A stretch of DNA of 64,000 nt from Symbiobacterium sp. (lineage in GTDB: Bacteria > Bacillota > Sulfobacillia > Symbiobacteriales > Symbiobacteriaceae), in contig NZ_JBFNEH010000002.1 of NCBI RefSeq assembly GCF_040797425.1, positions 3,341 through 67,340 on the forward strand, given 5' to 3'. Below are positions 1-9,563 of the stretch, in pieces (positions within the stretch are counted from its first letter, which is position 1; the number at the start of each line of letters is the position of its first letter). The translations under genes were made by a program, and so were the position numbers. The notes below the pieces were generated by a model, which was not told the DNA's origin, did not search any database, and worked only from the letters and a program-made list of their open reading frames with translations.

Positions 1-1
1 A

Positions 2-202
2 GACGTGGAAACGGCCGCACTCGGTGGGCTCGCTGTGTACATGCTGACGGGCAGATCGGCTTTCTGGGCGATGGGCCTGGCTTCGGGCCGGGTGATCAGC
101 CCCGTTCTCGCAGGTGCTACCGTCATCGTGGCGTTACTGTACAACACCCTCTGGGCCCGTACCGAGAAGTACCCGCGCCGCTACCCGAGTTTCTGGTGGT
201 AA
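2..202 (+). CDS. 3' end of a membrane-protein gene (truncated by window edge)
   Basis: Frame is open from the window edge to TAA 200-202. Hydrophobic segments LGGLAVYML and VLAGATVIVALLY; GC-rich third positions. Family not recognised. Confidence 0.35.
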   Translation, partial: DVETAALGGLAVYMLTGRSAFWAMGLASGRVISPVLAGATVIVALLYNTLWARTEKYPRRYPSFWW

Positions 203-355
203 ACGGGGCGGTGGCATAAGAAGCTAACCCGCCCTTGGTGCTTTCGTGCCCTCAAGGATGCCCGTTCCCGTGGTACGATGGACGCGGTGTGCCACGGGTG
301 TGCGGCAGCGGCCGTCGGACTGCAGGCGGCCGGATGCGGGAAGGAGAGGGTGCGC

Positions 356-769
356 ATGCCTGCCTCTGCCTACGGGCCGGAGTTTGAAATACTGGAAGTG
401 CTGCCGGTCGGCATCTCACCCAGCGACGAGGTGTTGCGGGCGGTGCGGTGGGCGCACCAAGGCCGGACTTACCTCAGCCCCGACAGCTCCACGCACATTG
501 TGGCGGAGTACCTACAGGGCCGCAAAGCGCGCATGGCCACCGGCCGCTACGAGGAGCTGACGCCGCGGGAGCAGGAGGTCTTCCGGCTGTTGGTGGACGG
601 TTACACCAACAAGGCCATCGCGCGGGCGCTGTATATCAGCCCGAAGACGGTGGACACGCACCGGGCCAGCATCATGCGCAAGCTGGAGGTCAACACGTTC
701 CCCGAACTCGTGCGGTACGCGGTTTCCATCGGCCTCCTGGAGGTCGAGCCGGAGGAGTCGGTGTTGTAG
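356..769 (+). CDS. LuxR/FixJ-type HTH transcriptional regulator lacking a receiver domain
   Basis: C-terminal HTH LTPREQEVFRLLVDGYTNKAIARALYISPKTVDTHRASIMRKL. ATG 356 follows the GGAAGGAGAGGG RBS. Only the last receiver-like helix (SPSDEVLRAVRWAHQGRTYLSP) is present. Confidence 0.75.
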   Translation: MPASAYGPEFEILEVLPVGISPSDEVLRAVRWAHQGRTYLSPDSSTHIVAEYLQGRKARMATGRYEELTPREQEVFRLLVDGYTNKAIARALYISPKTVDTHRASIMRKLEVNTFPELVRYAVSIGLLEVEPEESVL

Positions 770-799
770 GCGCACACCAAACCTTTGATATGTTACAAT

Positions 800-833
800 G
801 AACGGAGCCCGCACGCGGGTGCGGGCTCCGTTC
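800..833. terminator. Bidirectional hairpin between convergent LuxR and OsmC genes
   Basis: Perfect 14-bp stem GAACGGAGCCCGCA / TGCGGGCTCCGTTC with a 6-nt loop, lying between the two stop codons (769 and 846). Confidence 0.65.
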
Positions 834-845
834 GCTTGTCTGCGC

Positions 846-1274
846 TTATTCTACAGGTTCGCCGTTGATCTCGATGCGGTGGGTAATCTTGGCGCCGTGG
901 CTGAAGAGGGCGCCCACGGAGCAGTAGCGCTCCTCCGAAAGCTGGACCGCCCGCTTGACCTTGTCCGCGGGCACGTCGTTTCCGAAGACCCGGTAGATCA
1001 CGCGAAAACGATCGTAGTACTTGGGGTACTCCTCCCGCGCCTCGGCCTCCACCGCCACCTCCACCCGGTCGAAGTCCACCCGCATCTTCTGCAGGATCGA
1101 CACGATGTCCATCCCGGTGCAGCCGCCCAGCGCGGCCAGCAGCAGCTCCCCGGGCCGGGGGCCTCTGTCCTCGCCGCCGACCTCGCGGCTTGCATCCATG
1201 ACGATGGTGTGACCGGAACCCACCCGGGCTTCAAACGCCATTCCGCCGGCCCAACGGACCAGAGCCTCTCTCAT
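846..1274 (-). CDS. OsmC/Ohr family peroxiredoxin-like protein
   Basis: Typical OsmC core GPRPGELLLAALGGCTGMDIVSILQKMR and ERYCSVGALF (two conserved Cys). Start set at the internal ATG (MREALVRW); the longer N-terminal extension looks non-coding. Confidence 0.85.
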   Translation of the reverse strand: MREALVRWAGGMAFEARVGSGHTIVMDASREVGGEDRGPRPGELLLAALGGCTGMDIVSILQKMRVDFDRVEVAVEAEAREEYPKYYDRFRVIYRVFGNDVPADKVKRAVQLSEERYCSVGALFSHGAKITHRIEINGEPVE

Positions 1275-1407
1275 GTGGAAGATCACCTCGATACGTGATT
1301 CGTCGCTTATTGTGCATCGCCTGCCGAACCTTTTTCCCCCGTGACGCGCTCTTGATGGCGAGAGGCGTTCGGCGGCAGGGGCGCGCCGAGAAGGAGGGGA
1401 TACCAGC

Positions 1408-1929
1408 GTGACCATGGAGGAGCGCTTCTTCGCACTCTACCGGCACGAGCAGGGGAAACTCTACCGGACCGCCTGGGCGATTCTCGGTAACGAGGCCGAT
1501 GCCGCCGACGCGCTGCAGGAGGCCACGATCCGCGCCTACCGGGCGTTTGGGCAGCTCCGGGGCGGGGACGTGGCGTTCTCCGCCTGGATGCGGCGCATCC
1601 TCGTGAATACCTGTACTCAGATCCTGCGCAAGCGCATGCGGGTCATCCCCGTGGAGCGGCCCGAGGACCTCACCGCACACCCCGTCACGGAGGTGGACCT
1701 GCCCCTGGACGGGGACGTGTGGGACGCGGTGCGCAGCCTGGACGAGCGCTACCGGGCCGTGGTCGTGCTGCGCTTCCTGAACGACATGCAACTGGAGGAG
1801 ATCGCCGCGGCCCTGGACATCCCCCTGGGCACGGTGAAGTCGCGCCTGCACGCCGCGATGAAACAGCTGCGCAACCGCCTGAACGCTCTCGGGGAACGAA
1901 AGGAGGGGCGCGGAGTCGATGCAGTGTGA
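1408..1929 (+). CDS. ECF (sigma-70 family) RNA polymerase sigma factor
   Basis: Region 2 DAADALQEATIRAYRAF and region 4 LEEIAAALDIPLGTVKSRLHAAMKQLR. GTG start lies 8 nt after AAGGAGGGG. Confidence 0.9.
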   Translation: MTMEERFFALYRHEQGKLYRTAWAILGNEADAADALQEATIRAYRAFGQLRGGDVAFSAWMRRILVNTCTQILRKRMRVIPVERPEDLTAHPVTEVDLPLDGDVWDAVRSLDERYRAVVVLRFLNDMQLEEIAAALDIPLGTVKSRLHAAMKQLRNRLNALGERKEGRGVDAV

Positions 1930-2710
1930 GCAGATCCAATCGGAGCTGATCGCGTACCTCCACGGTACGCTCTCACCGCAGGAGCGCGCCGCCATTGAGG
2001 CACATCTGATGCAGTGCGAGGCCTGCTCAGAGGAGGCCAACGCGATGCGAGACATCAGCGACAAGCTGTCCCGGGGGCTCAAGGAGTGGGTGAACGAAGG
2101 GGTGTGCCCGCCGGATGTGGCGGAGCGCATCCAGCGCAGCCTGCGGGGCGAGAGCCGCCGCTTCACCCGGCGGCGCGCGGCCGCCGCGATCACGGCGGTG
2201 GCGGCCGCGGCTGCGGTGCTCCTGTTCGCCCTGTCCACCCAGCCCCAGTTTGCACAGCAGGTCGCGTCGGTGCCCTTCCTGGGGGCGCTCGCGGCCCACC
2301 TGCTGGAACCTGACCTGGAGATCCACCTGGACCCGCAGCAACGCATGACCGCAGCCCTCTTCCGGCCCCAGCGGTCGGTGAAACTGAACGTCACCGCAGA
2401 GGCCGAAGGGCTCAAACTCACGGTGACCGCGGCGGCGCTGAGCGACCAGTCGTTGCGCATCGCCTACACGCTGCGGGGCGAGGGGCTCACGCTGCCGGAG
2501 GACGAGAGGGCGCTGATGCCCACCGCCAGCACCGAATCAGGGCCGCTCACCTGCCGGTCGCTCACCGCAGAGCAGGGCCGGGGGGCGATCCACTTCCAGC
2601 TGTACTGCGATGCGGCGCCCGCAGGGGAGGCGATCAGCCTGACCGTGCCGCCGCTGCCCCGGGAGCAGGGAGGCACCTTCCCGTCTCTCACCGCCACGTT
2701 CAGCTACTAG
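1919..2710 (+). CDS. Zinc-binding (ZAS-type) transmembrane anti-sigma factor
   Basis: Overlaps the sigma gene by 11 nt. Has the H-x3-C-x2-C motif (AHLMQCEAC), a central hydrophobic helix AAAAITAVAAAAAVLLFAL, and an extracytoplasmic C-terminal domain. Confidence 0.8.
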   Translation: MQCEQIQSELIAYLHGTLSPQERAAIEAHLMQCEACSEEANAMRDISDKLSRGLKEWVNEGVCPPDVAERIQRSLRGESRRFTRRRAAAAITAVAAAAAVLLFALSTQPQFAQQVASVPFLGALAAHLLEPDLEIHLDPQQRMTAALFRPQRSVKLNVTAEAEGLKLTVTAAALSDQSLRIAYTLRGEGLTLPEDERALMPTASTESGPLTCRSLTAEQGRGAIHFQLYCDAAPAGEAISLTVPPLPREQGGTFPSLTATFSY

Positions 2711-2828
2711 AAGACGACATGCAGGCAGGGAGGCACCGTCCTCCCTGCCTGTTGCATAGGCTGGTGGGCGTCGGCGTCAGATTCCAAGGAGTCCGGCGAA
2801 TTTTCGGCGAAGAGAGGAGGTGTGGCGC

Positions 2829-3644
2829 ATGGCGCGAGAGCCCAGGATCGGGCTGGCCCTCGGGGGCGGCTTCGCCCGGGGCGTGGCGCACATCGGCGTG
2901 CTGCAGGCCCTGGCGGCGCATCGCATCCCGGTTCACGTCGTGGCGGGCACCTCTGCCGGCAGCCTGGTAGGCGCGCTCTTCGCCGCGGGCTGCGACCCGG
3001 GGCAGATGGAGCGGCTGGCCGGTGAGATGAACTGGCGATCGCTGGTGCGGCTGCGCCTGCGGCGCGAGGGCCTGCTGGACGCCAGCGGGCTGGAGCGCTT
3101 CCTGGTGGCCCGGGTGGGCGACCTCCACTTCTCCGACCTGTGCCTGCCCTTCGCCGCCGTGGCCACTGACCTGCTGACCGGGCAGGCCGTGCTGCTCACC
3201 CAGGGTCGGGTGGCCACCGCCGTGCGGGCCAGCTGTGCGTACCCTGGCCTGTTCCTGCCGGTGCGGTCGGGCCAGCACACCCTGGTGGACGGCGGCATCA
3301 GCCAGCCGGTGCCCGCGGCGGCCGCCCGCCAGATGGGGGCAGACCTGGTGATCGGCGTGGAGCTGAGCCAGGGGCGGAGCCCGGCCCAGCCGCCCCGGAA
3401 CTTGATACATATCATGCTCGAGAGTCTGGCCCTGGTGCAGCAGCCCCTGATCCGGGAGTCGGCGGCCGACGCCGACGTGCTCATCCGGCCCGACCTGCAG
3501 GAGTTCAGCGTGTTCGAGCTGGACCGGGTGGGCGAGCTGGTGGCCCGCGGCCGGGCCGCCGCCGAGGCGGTGATCCCCCGGATTCGGGCTCGACTGGCCG
3601 AACTGTCCGGGCGGGCGGCGGAGCCGGGGCAGGCGGCGCACTGA
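2829..3644 (+). CDS. Patatin-like phospholipase
   Basis: GGGFARG oxyanion motif, GTSAG nucleophile elbow, and DGG Asp of the catalytic dyad. ATG 2829 lies 8 nt after GGAGG. Confidence 0.85.
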   Translation: MAREPRIGLALGGGFARGVAHIGVLQALAAHRIPVHVVAGTSAGSLVGALFAAGCDPGQMERLAGEMNWRSLVRLRLRREGLLDASGLERFLVARVGDLHFSDLCLPFAAVATDLLTGQAVLLTQGRVATAVRASCAYPGLFLPVRSGQHTLVDGGISQPVPAAAARQMGADLVIGVELSQGRSPAQPPRNLIHIMLESLALVQQPLIRESAADADVLIRPDLQEFSVFELDRVGELVARGRAAAEAVIPRIRARLAELSGRAAEPGQAAH

Positions 3645-3785
3645 TGCGCGGCCGTGTCCGGTGCGGATCCGGCAGTCGGCCAGCACAAAGGCGGTCGCGC
3701 CGCAGGCGCCGCCAGCACGGGCCCGGCGGTGGGCCGGGGCTCTCACGGCGTCCATGCGTCAGCCAGCCGCGCGGGAGGGAGAGGC

Positions 3786-5267
<1,482 letters not shown>

Positions 5268-5653
5268 GCCCGCCGGGCCCAGGGGTCCATCCTGGCCTCT
5301 GCGCTTTCGGGCTCTACCTCCCAGCAGATGGGCGCCGCCGAGCGGTTCCAGGGGGAGGGGGCCGCGGCGGAGCGGGTGGTGCTCTGCGGTCCGGAGGGGA
5401 TAGCGACCACGGGCACGGTGGGCCAGGTCACGCTGCCTCCTCAGGCGCTGGGGCCGATCCGCACCTTCTGCGCCGAGTACACGCAGGGGCTGGAGCATGC
5501 GTATACCTTTACCTTCTACGCCTCCCTGGTGGCCCTGCTCCTGGGCGCCATGATGCCCGGATGGCCGGGCAAGGTCGTGCGGCGCGGTGAACCAGCCTTG
5601 CAGGTGAGTCCCGCGGACTAGTCGCCCAAGTTTCGGCACATCCGCATAACAAT

Positions 5654-5695
5654 GGGCCCTTATGCCGGGTTTTCGGCATAGGGGCCCTCTTTTTC
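5654..5695 (+). terminator. Rho-independent terminator-like hairpin immediately upstream of the sigma-54 promoter
   Basis: 14-bp stem GGGCCCTTATGCCG / CGGCATAGGGGCCC (one G-U pair), 6-nt loop, then TCTTTTTC. Confidence 0.5.
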
Positions 5696-5710
5696 ATGCG
5701 CCCGCCGTGT

Positions 5711-5726
5711 TGGCACGATTATTGCA
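5711..5726 (+). promoter_or_regulatory. Sigma-54 (-24/-12) promoter of the lysine-fermentation operon
   Basis: TTGGCACGATTATTGCAAT matches the TGGCACG-N4-TTGCW consensus exactly. It lies 30 nt upstream of the kdd ATG, with an enhancer-binding protein gene adjacent. Confidence 0.75.
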
Positions 5727-5755
5727 ATTCCCACTCGTCAGGGAGTGATTCAGCA

Positions 5756-6766
5756 ATGGCGATGGGCTGTCCCTACGGGACGCACCGGGTGCTGGAGCCC
5801 AAAGGCAGCCTGCCCCAGCCGGCCTGGCGGCTCGACAACGACCCGGTGATCTACGACAACGAGATCCTCATTGACGTGGAGCGGCTGAACATCGACTCGG
5901 CCTCCTTCCGGCAGATCAGCGACGAGGCGGGGGGCGACCCGGATCGCATTGCTGCCAGGGTCATGGCCATCGTGGCGGAGCGGGGGAAGATGCACAACCC
6001 CGTCACCGGGTCGGGCGGCATGCTGATTGGCACCGTGCGGGCGGTGGGGCCGGCGCTCCGGACCGATCTCAGGCCGGGCGACCGCATTGCCACACTGGTG
6101 AGCCTCAGCCTCACGCCGCTGCACCTGGAGGCGGTCCGCGCGGTCCGGCCCGAGGCCGACCAGGTGGAGGTCACCGGCACGGCGATTCTCTTCGAGACCG
6201 GGATCTATGCCCGGCTCCCGGACGACATCCCCGACGCCCTGGCCCTGGCGGTGCTGGACGTGTGCGGCGCCCCGGCCCAGACGGCCCGGCTGGTGAAGCC
6301 GGGGTACCGGGTGCTGATCCTGGGCGGAGGCGGCAAGAGCGGGCTGCTCTGCAGCTACGCCGCCCGGCGGGCCGGCGCGGCCGAGGTGATCTGCTTCGAC
6401 TACAGCGAGGAGAGCCTGGCTCGGGCGCGGCGGCTCGGCGCGGCCCACCGCTACATCCAGGGCGACGCCCGCGATGCCCTGGGCGTGCTGCGGGCGGTGG
6501 GGGAGAAGGTTGACCTCACGCTCTCGCTGGTGAACCTGCCCGGGGCCGAGATGGGCGCGATCCTGGCCACGAAGCCGACCGGCACGATCTACTTCTTCAG
6601 CATGGCCACCTCGTTCACCGCCGCGGCCCTGGGGGCTGAGGGGGTGGGAAGCCAGGTCGAGATGCTGATCGGCAACGGGTATTACCCGGGCCACGCCGAA
6701 CTCGCCCTGGACCTTCTGCGGGAGAGCCCCGCCCTGCGGGAGATCTTCACCGAAATCTACGCCTGA
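5756..6766 (+). CDS. kdd: L-erythro-3,5-diaminohexanoate dehydrogenase
   Basis: N-terminal signature GTHRVLEPKGSLPQPAWRLDNDPVIYDNEILIDVERLNIDSASFRQI and Rossmann motif VLILGGGGKSG. Sits in an operon with kamA/kamDE. ATG 5756 follows GGGAG. Confidence 0.8.
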   Translation: MAMGCPYGTHRVLEPKGSLPQPAWRLDNDPVIYDNEILIDVERLNIDSASFRQISDEAGGDPDRIAARVMAIVAERGKMHNPVTGSGGMLIGTVRAVGPALRTDLRPGDRIATLVSLSLTPLHLEAVRAVRPEADQVEVTGTAILFETGIYARLPDDIPDALALAVLDVCGAPAQTARLVKPGYRVLILGGGGKSGLLCSYAARRAGAAEVICFDYSEESLARARRLGAAHRYIQGDARDALGVLRAVGEKVDLTLSLVNLPGAEMGAILATKPTGTIYFFSMATSFTAAALGAEGVGSQVEMLIGNGYYPGHAELALDLLRESPALREIFTEIYA

Positions 6767-6954
6767 AACCCGGTGCACGCCCGTGTGAGGGGCGATCTGA
6801 TCCGGGCCGGGGCCGCCCGGAACAGGACCTGCACCGGATGGGCGAGGACCAGCCACCGGAGGAGGGACCGGGTCGGGTGAGTTCGGTGGCCGTTCAGACC
6901 TCTTGAGGCAAGCAGGACCGGAAGCGCACCGACGTGTGTGGGAGGGACGACGGC

Positions 6955-8334
6955 ATGCTTTCGAAGCCGCGCGATTGGCGGGAGATTCCGCTCTGGGCCG
7001 ACGCGACGGAGGAGCAGTGGAACGACTGGCGCTGGCAGGTGAGCCATCGCATCACCAACCTGGCGCAGCTGAAACAGGTGATGAACCTCACCGAGGAGGA
7101 GGAGCGGGCGATCACCGACTCCGCGCACCTCTTCCGGCTGGGCATCACGCCTCACTACGCCACGCTCATCGACCCCGACGACCCCAACTGCCCCATGCGG
7201 CTGCAGGCCGTTCCCAAGTATGCAGAGCTGGCCTGGGCCGACTACGAGATGGGCGATCCGTTGCACGAAGACGTGGACTCCCCCGTGCCGGGCATCACCC
7301 ATCGGTACCCGGACCGGGTGCTCTTCCTCATCACCCATGAGTGCTCGCTCTACTGCCGCCACTGCACCCGGCGGCGCATTGTGGGCGACCAGGAGGCCAT
7401 GTCCACCGCCATGCTGGACCGGGCCATCGCCTATATCCGGGAGCACACCGAGGTCCGGGACGTGCTGATCTCCGGCGGTGACCCGCTGGCGGTGCCCGAC
7501 CGGCGGCTGGAGTACGTCATCAAGAACCTCCGGGCGATTCCCCACGTGGAGATCATCCGCATCGGCACCCGCATGCCTGTGGTGCTGCCGCAGCGCATCA
7601 CCCCCGAGCTGGTGAGCATGCTCCGGAAGTACCACCCCATCTGGCTGAACACGCATTTCAACCATCCCTTCGAGGTGCAGCATCCGAAGGCGCGGGAGGC
7701 GATGGAGCGGCTGGCCGACGCCGGCATCCCCACGGGGAACCAGTCGGTGCTGCTCAAGGGGGTCAACGACTGCGCCGTCGTCATGCGCCGGCTGGTGCAC
7801 GAGCTCGTGAAGGTGCGGTGCCGTCCCTACTATATCTACAACTGCGACCTTTCCGAGGGGCTGAGCCACTTCCGCACGTCGGTGGCCAAGGGGCTGGCCA
7901 TCATCGAGGCACTGCGCGGCCACACCTCGGGCTTCGCGGTGCCCACGTACGTCGTGGACGCCCCGGGCGGTGGCGGCAAGATCCCGGTGATGCCCCAGTA
8001 CCTGATCGCTCGCTCCGACGGCCGGGTGATCCTGCGCAACTTCGAGGGGAAGATCAGCATCTACCACGAGGGCGCGCCGGAGGACCACATCGAAGACGGC
8101 CGGTGCACCATCTGCGGCACCGACCACAGCGAGATCCGCATCGGCCCGGCTGCCGAACTCTGGGCGGTGAAGCCGCGGTCGGGCGAGGTGAACCTGCCGG
8201 AGGGGGTCACCCGAGTGGGCCGGCCGCAGCCCGTGATCACGCCGGAGCAGCTGGCGGCGCTCGGGACCCTGGAGCCCGGAGCGTCTGCCGAGCCTGCGGC
8301 CCCTGCGCCGCAGCAGGAGGCCGGCGATGACTGA
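6955..8334 (+). CDS. kamA: Lysine 2,3-aminomutase (radical SAM)
   Basis: CSLYCRHCTRRR (CxxxCxxC cluster), ISGGDPL, and the typical KamA N-terminus WNDWRWQ. ATG 6955 follows GGGAGGGA. Confidence 0.92.
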   Translation: MLSKPRDWREIPLWADATEEQWNDWRWQVSHRITNLAQLKQVMNLTEEEERAITDSAHLFRLGITPHYATLIDPDDPNCPMRLQAVPKYAELAWADYEMGDPLHEDVDSPVPGITHRYPDRVLFLITHECSLYCRHCTRRRIVGDQEAMSTAMLDRAIAYIREHTEVRDVLISGGDPLAVPDRRLEYVIKNLRAIPHVEIIRIGTRMPVVLPQRITPELVSMLRKYHPIWLNTHFNHPFEVQHPKAREAMERLADAGIPTGNQSVLLKGVNDCAVVMRRLVHELVKVRCRPYYIYNCDLSEGLSHFRTSVAKGLAIIEALRGHTSGFAVPTYVVDAPGGGGKIPVMPQYLIARSDGRVILRNFEGKISIYHEGAPEDHIEDGRCTICGTDHSEIRIGPAAELWAVKPRSGEVNLPEGVTRVGRPQPVITPEQLAALGTLEPGASAEPAAPAPQQEAGDD

Positions 8335-9505
8335 CGCTCTGGCCCGGCGGCTGCTGGAGGCCGTCCTGCGGCGCCCCGGCCCGTCTCCGGCCCGCATCAG
8401 CCTGGTGGGCCTCTGCAAGAACGCGGGCAAGACCGTGACGCTCAACCGCCTGGTCGCGGCCGCCGCGGCGCTGGGGCACACCCCGGGGCTCCTCTCCACC
8501 GGGCGGGACGGCGAGGCGGTGGACGCGGTGACCGAACTGCCCAAGCCCCGCGTCTGGGCGCCGGCGGGGGCCTTGGTGGCCACGGCCCGGCCCGCCCTCG
8601 AACAGGTGGGCGGGAGCGGGTGCGACCCGGGTCAGACGGGCGGGCACGAAGCCGCCCGGGTGGAGGTGCTCCTGGAGACGGGCATTCCCACGCCTCTCGG
8701 GCCGGTGGTGATCGGCCGGGTGGCACGCCCGGGCGCGGTGCTGCTGGTGGGCCCTGGCCCGGTTGCGCGGGTCGAGGCGCTGCTGGCGGCCCTGGAGGCG
8801 GCCGGTGCGTCGCTCTGCCTGGTGGATGGCTCCTTCGACCGGCGCGCGGCCGCCGGGCCGGCGGTGACCGGCCGGGCGGTACTGGCCGCAGGCGCCGCCT
8901 ACTCGGCCTCCATGGAGGCCACCGTGGCGCAGGTGGGCCATCTGCTGGAGCTCTTCGACCTGCCTCCGGCGCCAGGAGAGATCCTGGCCCGTCTGCCAGA
9001 TGCCCCGCTGGACACCGACCGGCCTGCGCCAGGATTGGCCCGCCGTTCGGGCGTCGAACCGCACGGGAAACCGGCGCCCGTTGCCCTCCTCCCACCGGGC
9101 GGGCCGGCGCAGGCCGTGCCGGTGCGGAGCGCCCTCGCCGCCCTGGCCACCGTGGCGGCGGCGGCAGCGGCCTCCCCGCCGGGAACCGTGCTGGGCCTGG
9201 GCGGGGCCCTCACCGACGGCCTGCTGCTGGCCCTTATGGAACGGCGGCTCACGCTTCCGCTGCTGGTGCCGGACGCGACCCACGTGCTGGTGAGCCGGTC
9301 CGTCTGGCAGCGCTGGCGCCGGCAGGGCGGGACGGTCTGGGTGCGCCGGCCGGTGGACGTGGCCGCCGTCACCACCAACGCCTATTCGCCGGTGGGGCCC
9401 AGTTATCACCCCGCGGCTTTCTGCGCCCGGGTGGCCGCGGTGGCCGGGCGGCCGGTGGCCGACCTGGTGGCCGGCATCGCCCACAACCTGCAGATGGAGG
9501 CGTAG
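8327..9505 (+). CDS. P-loop protein, possibly the ATP-dependent reactivase of beta-lysine 5,6-aminomutase (KamC-like)
   Basis: Overlaps the kamA stop by 8 nt (translational coupling). Deviant Walker A GLCKNAGKTVTLN. Its position between kamA and kamD matches other lysine-fermentation clusters. Ala/Pro-rich and otherwise low in information. Confidence 0.55.
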   Translation: MTDALARRLLEAVLRRPGPSPARISLVGLCKNAGKTVTLNRLVAAAAALGHTPGLLSTGRDGEAVDAVTELPKPRVWAPAGALVATARPALEQVGGSGCDPGQTGGHEAARVEVLLETGIPTPLGPVVIGRVARPGAVLLVGPGPVARVEALLAALEAAGASLCLVDGSFDRRAAAGPAVTGRAVLAAGAAYSASMEATVAQVGHLLELFDLPPAPGEILARLPDAPLDTDRPAPGLARRSGVEPHGKPAPVALLPPGGPAQAVPVRSALAALATVAAAAAASPPGTVLGLGGALTDGLLLALMERRLTLPLLVPDATHVLVSRSVWQRWRRQGGTVWVRRPVDVAAVTTNAYSPVGPSYHPAAFCARVAAVAGRPVADLVAGIAHNLQMEA

Positions 9506-9563
9506 ATCGCCCCTGAGGATGAACCGGACGAATCGCCCTTGAGATGAACCGGAGGGATCACAC

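Noticed and set aside
5268-5621. The frame stays open directly after the activator stop codon, in the same frame. ORF 5328-5621 ends in a segment resembling the last TM helix of an MFS transporter (AYTFTFYASLVALLLGAMMPGWPGK). It could be a gene remnant or a read-through extension.
   Set aside because: There is no RBS or plausible start, and only one helix-like segment. The match to MFS C-termini is from memory only. The evidence is insufficient to call a pseudogene.
6767-6954. The 188-nt kdd-kamA spacer contains CAGCCACCGGAGGAGGGACCGG, which vaguely recalls the GCCACTG core of a cobalamin riboswitch. This was attractive because KamDE is B12-dependent.
   Set aside because: The other conserved riboswitch elements (GGTG..AA..CC, GGGAAGGC) are absent. 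B12 riboswitches normally control B12 supply genes, not B12 users. Only a short CCGGGC/GCCCGG hairpin is present.
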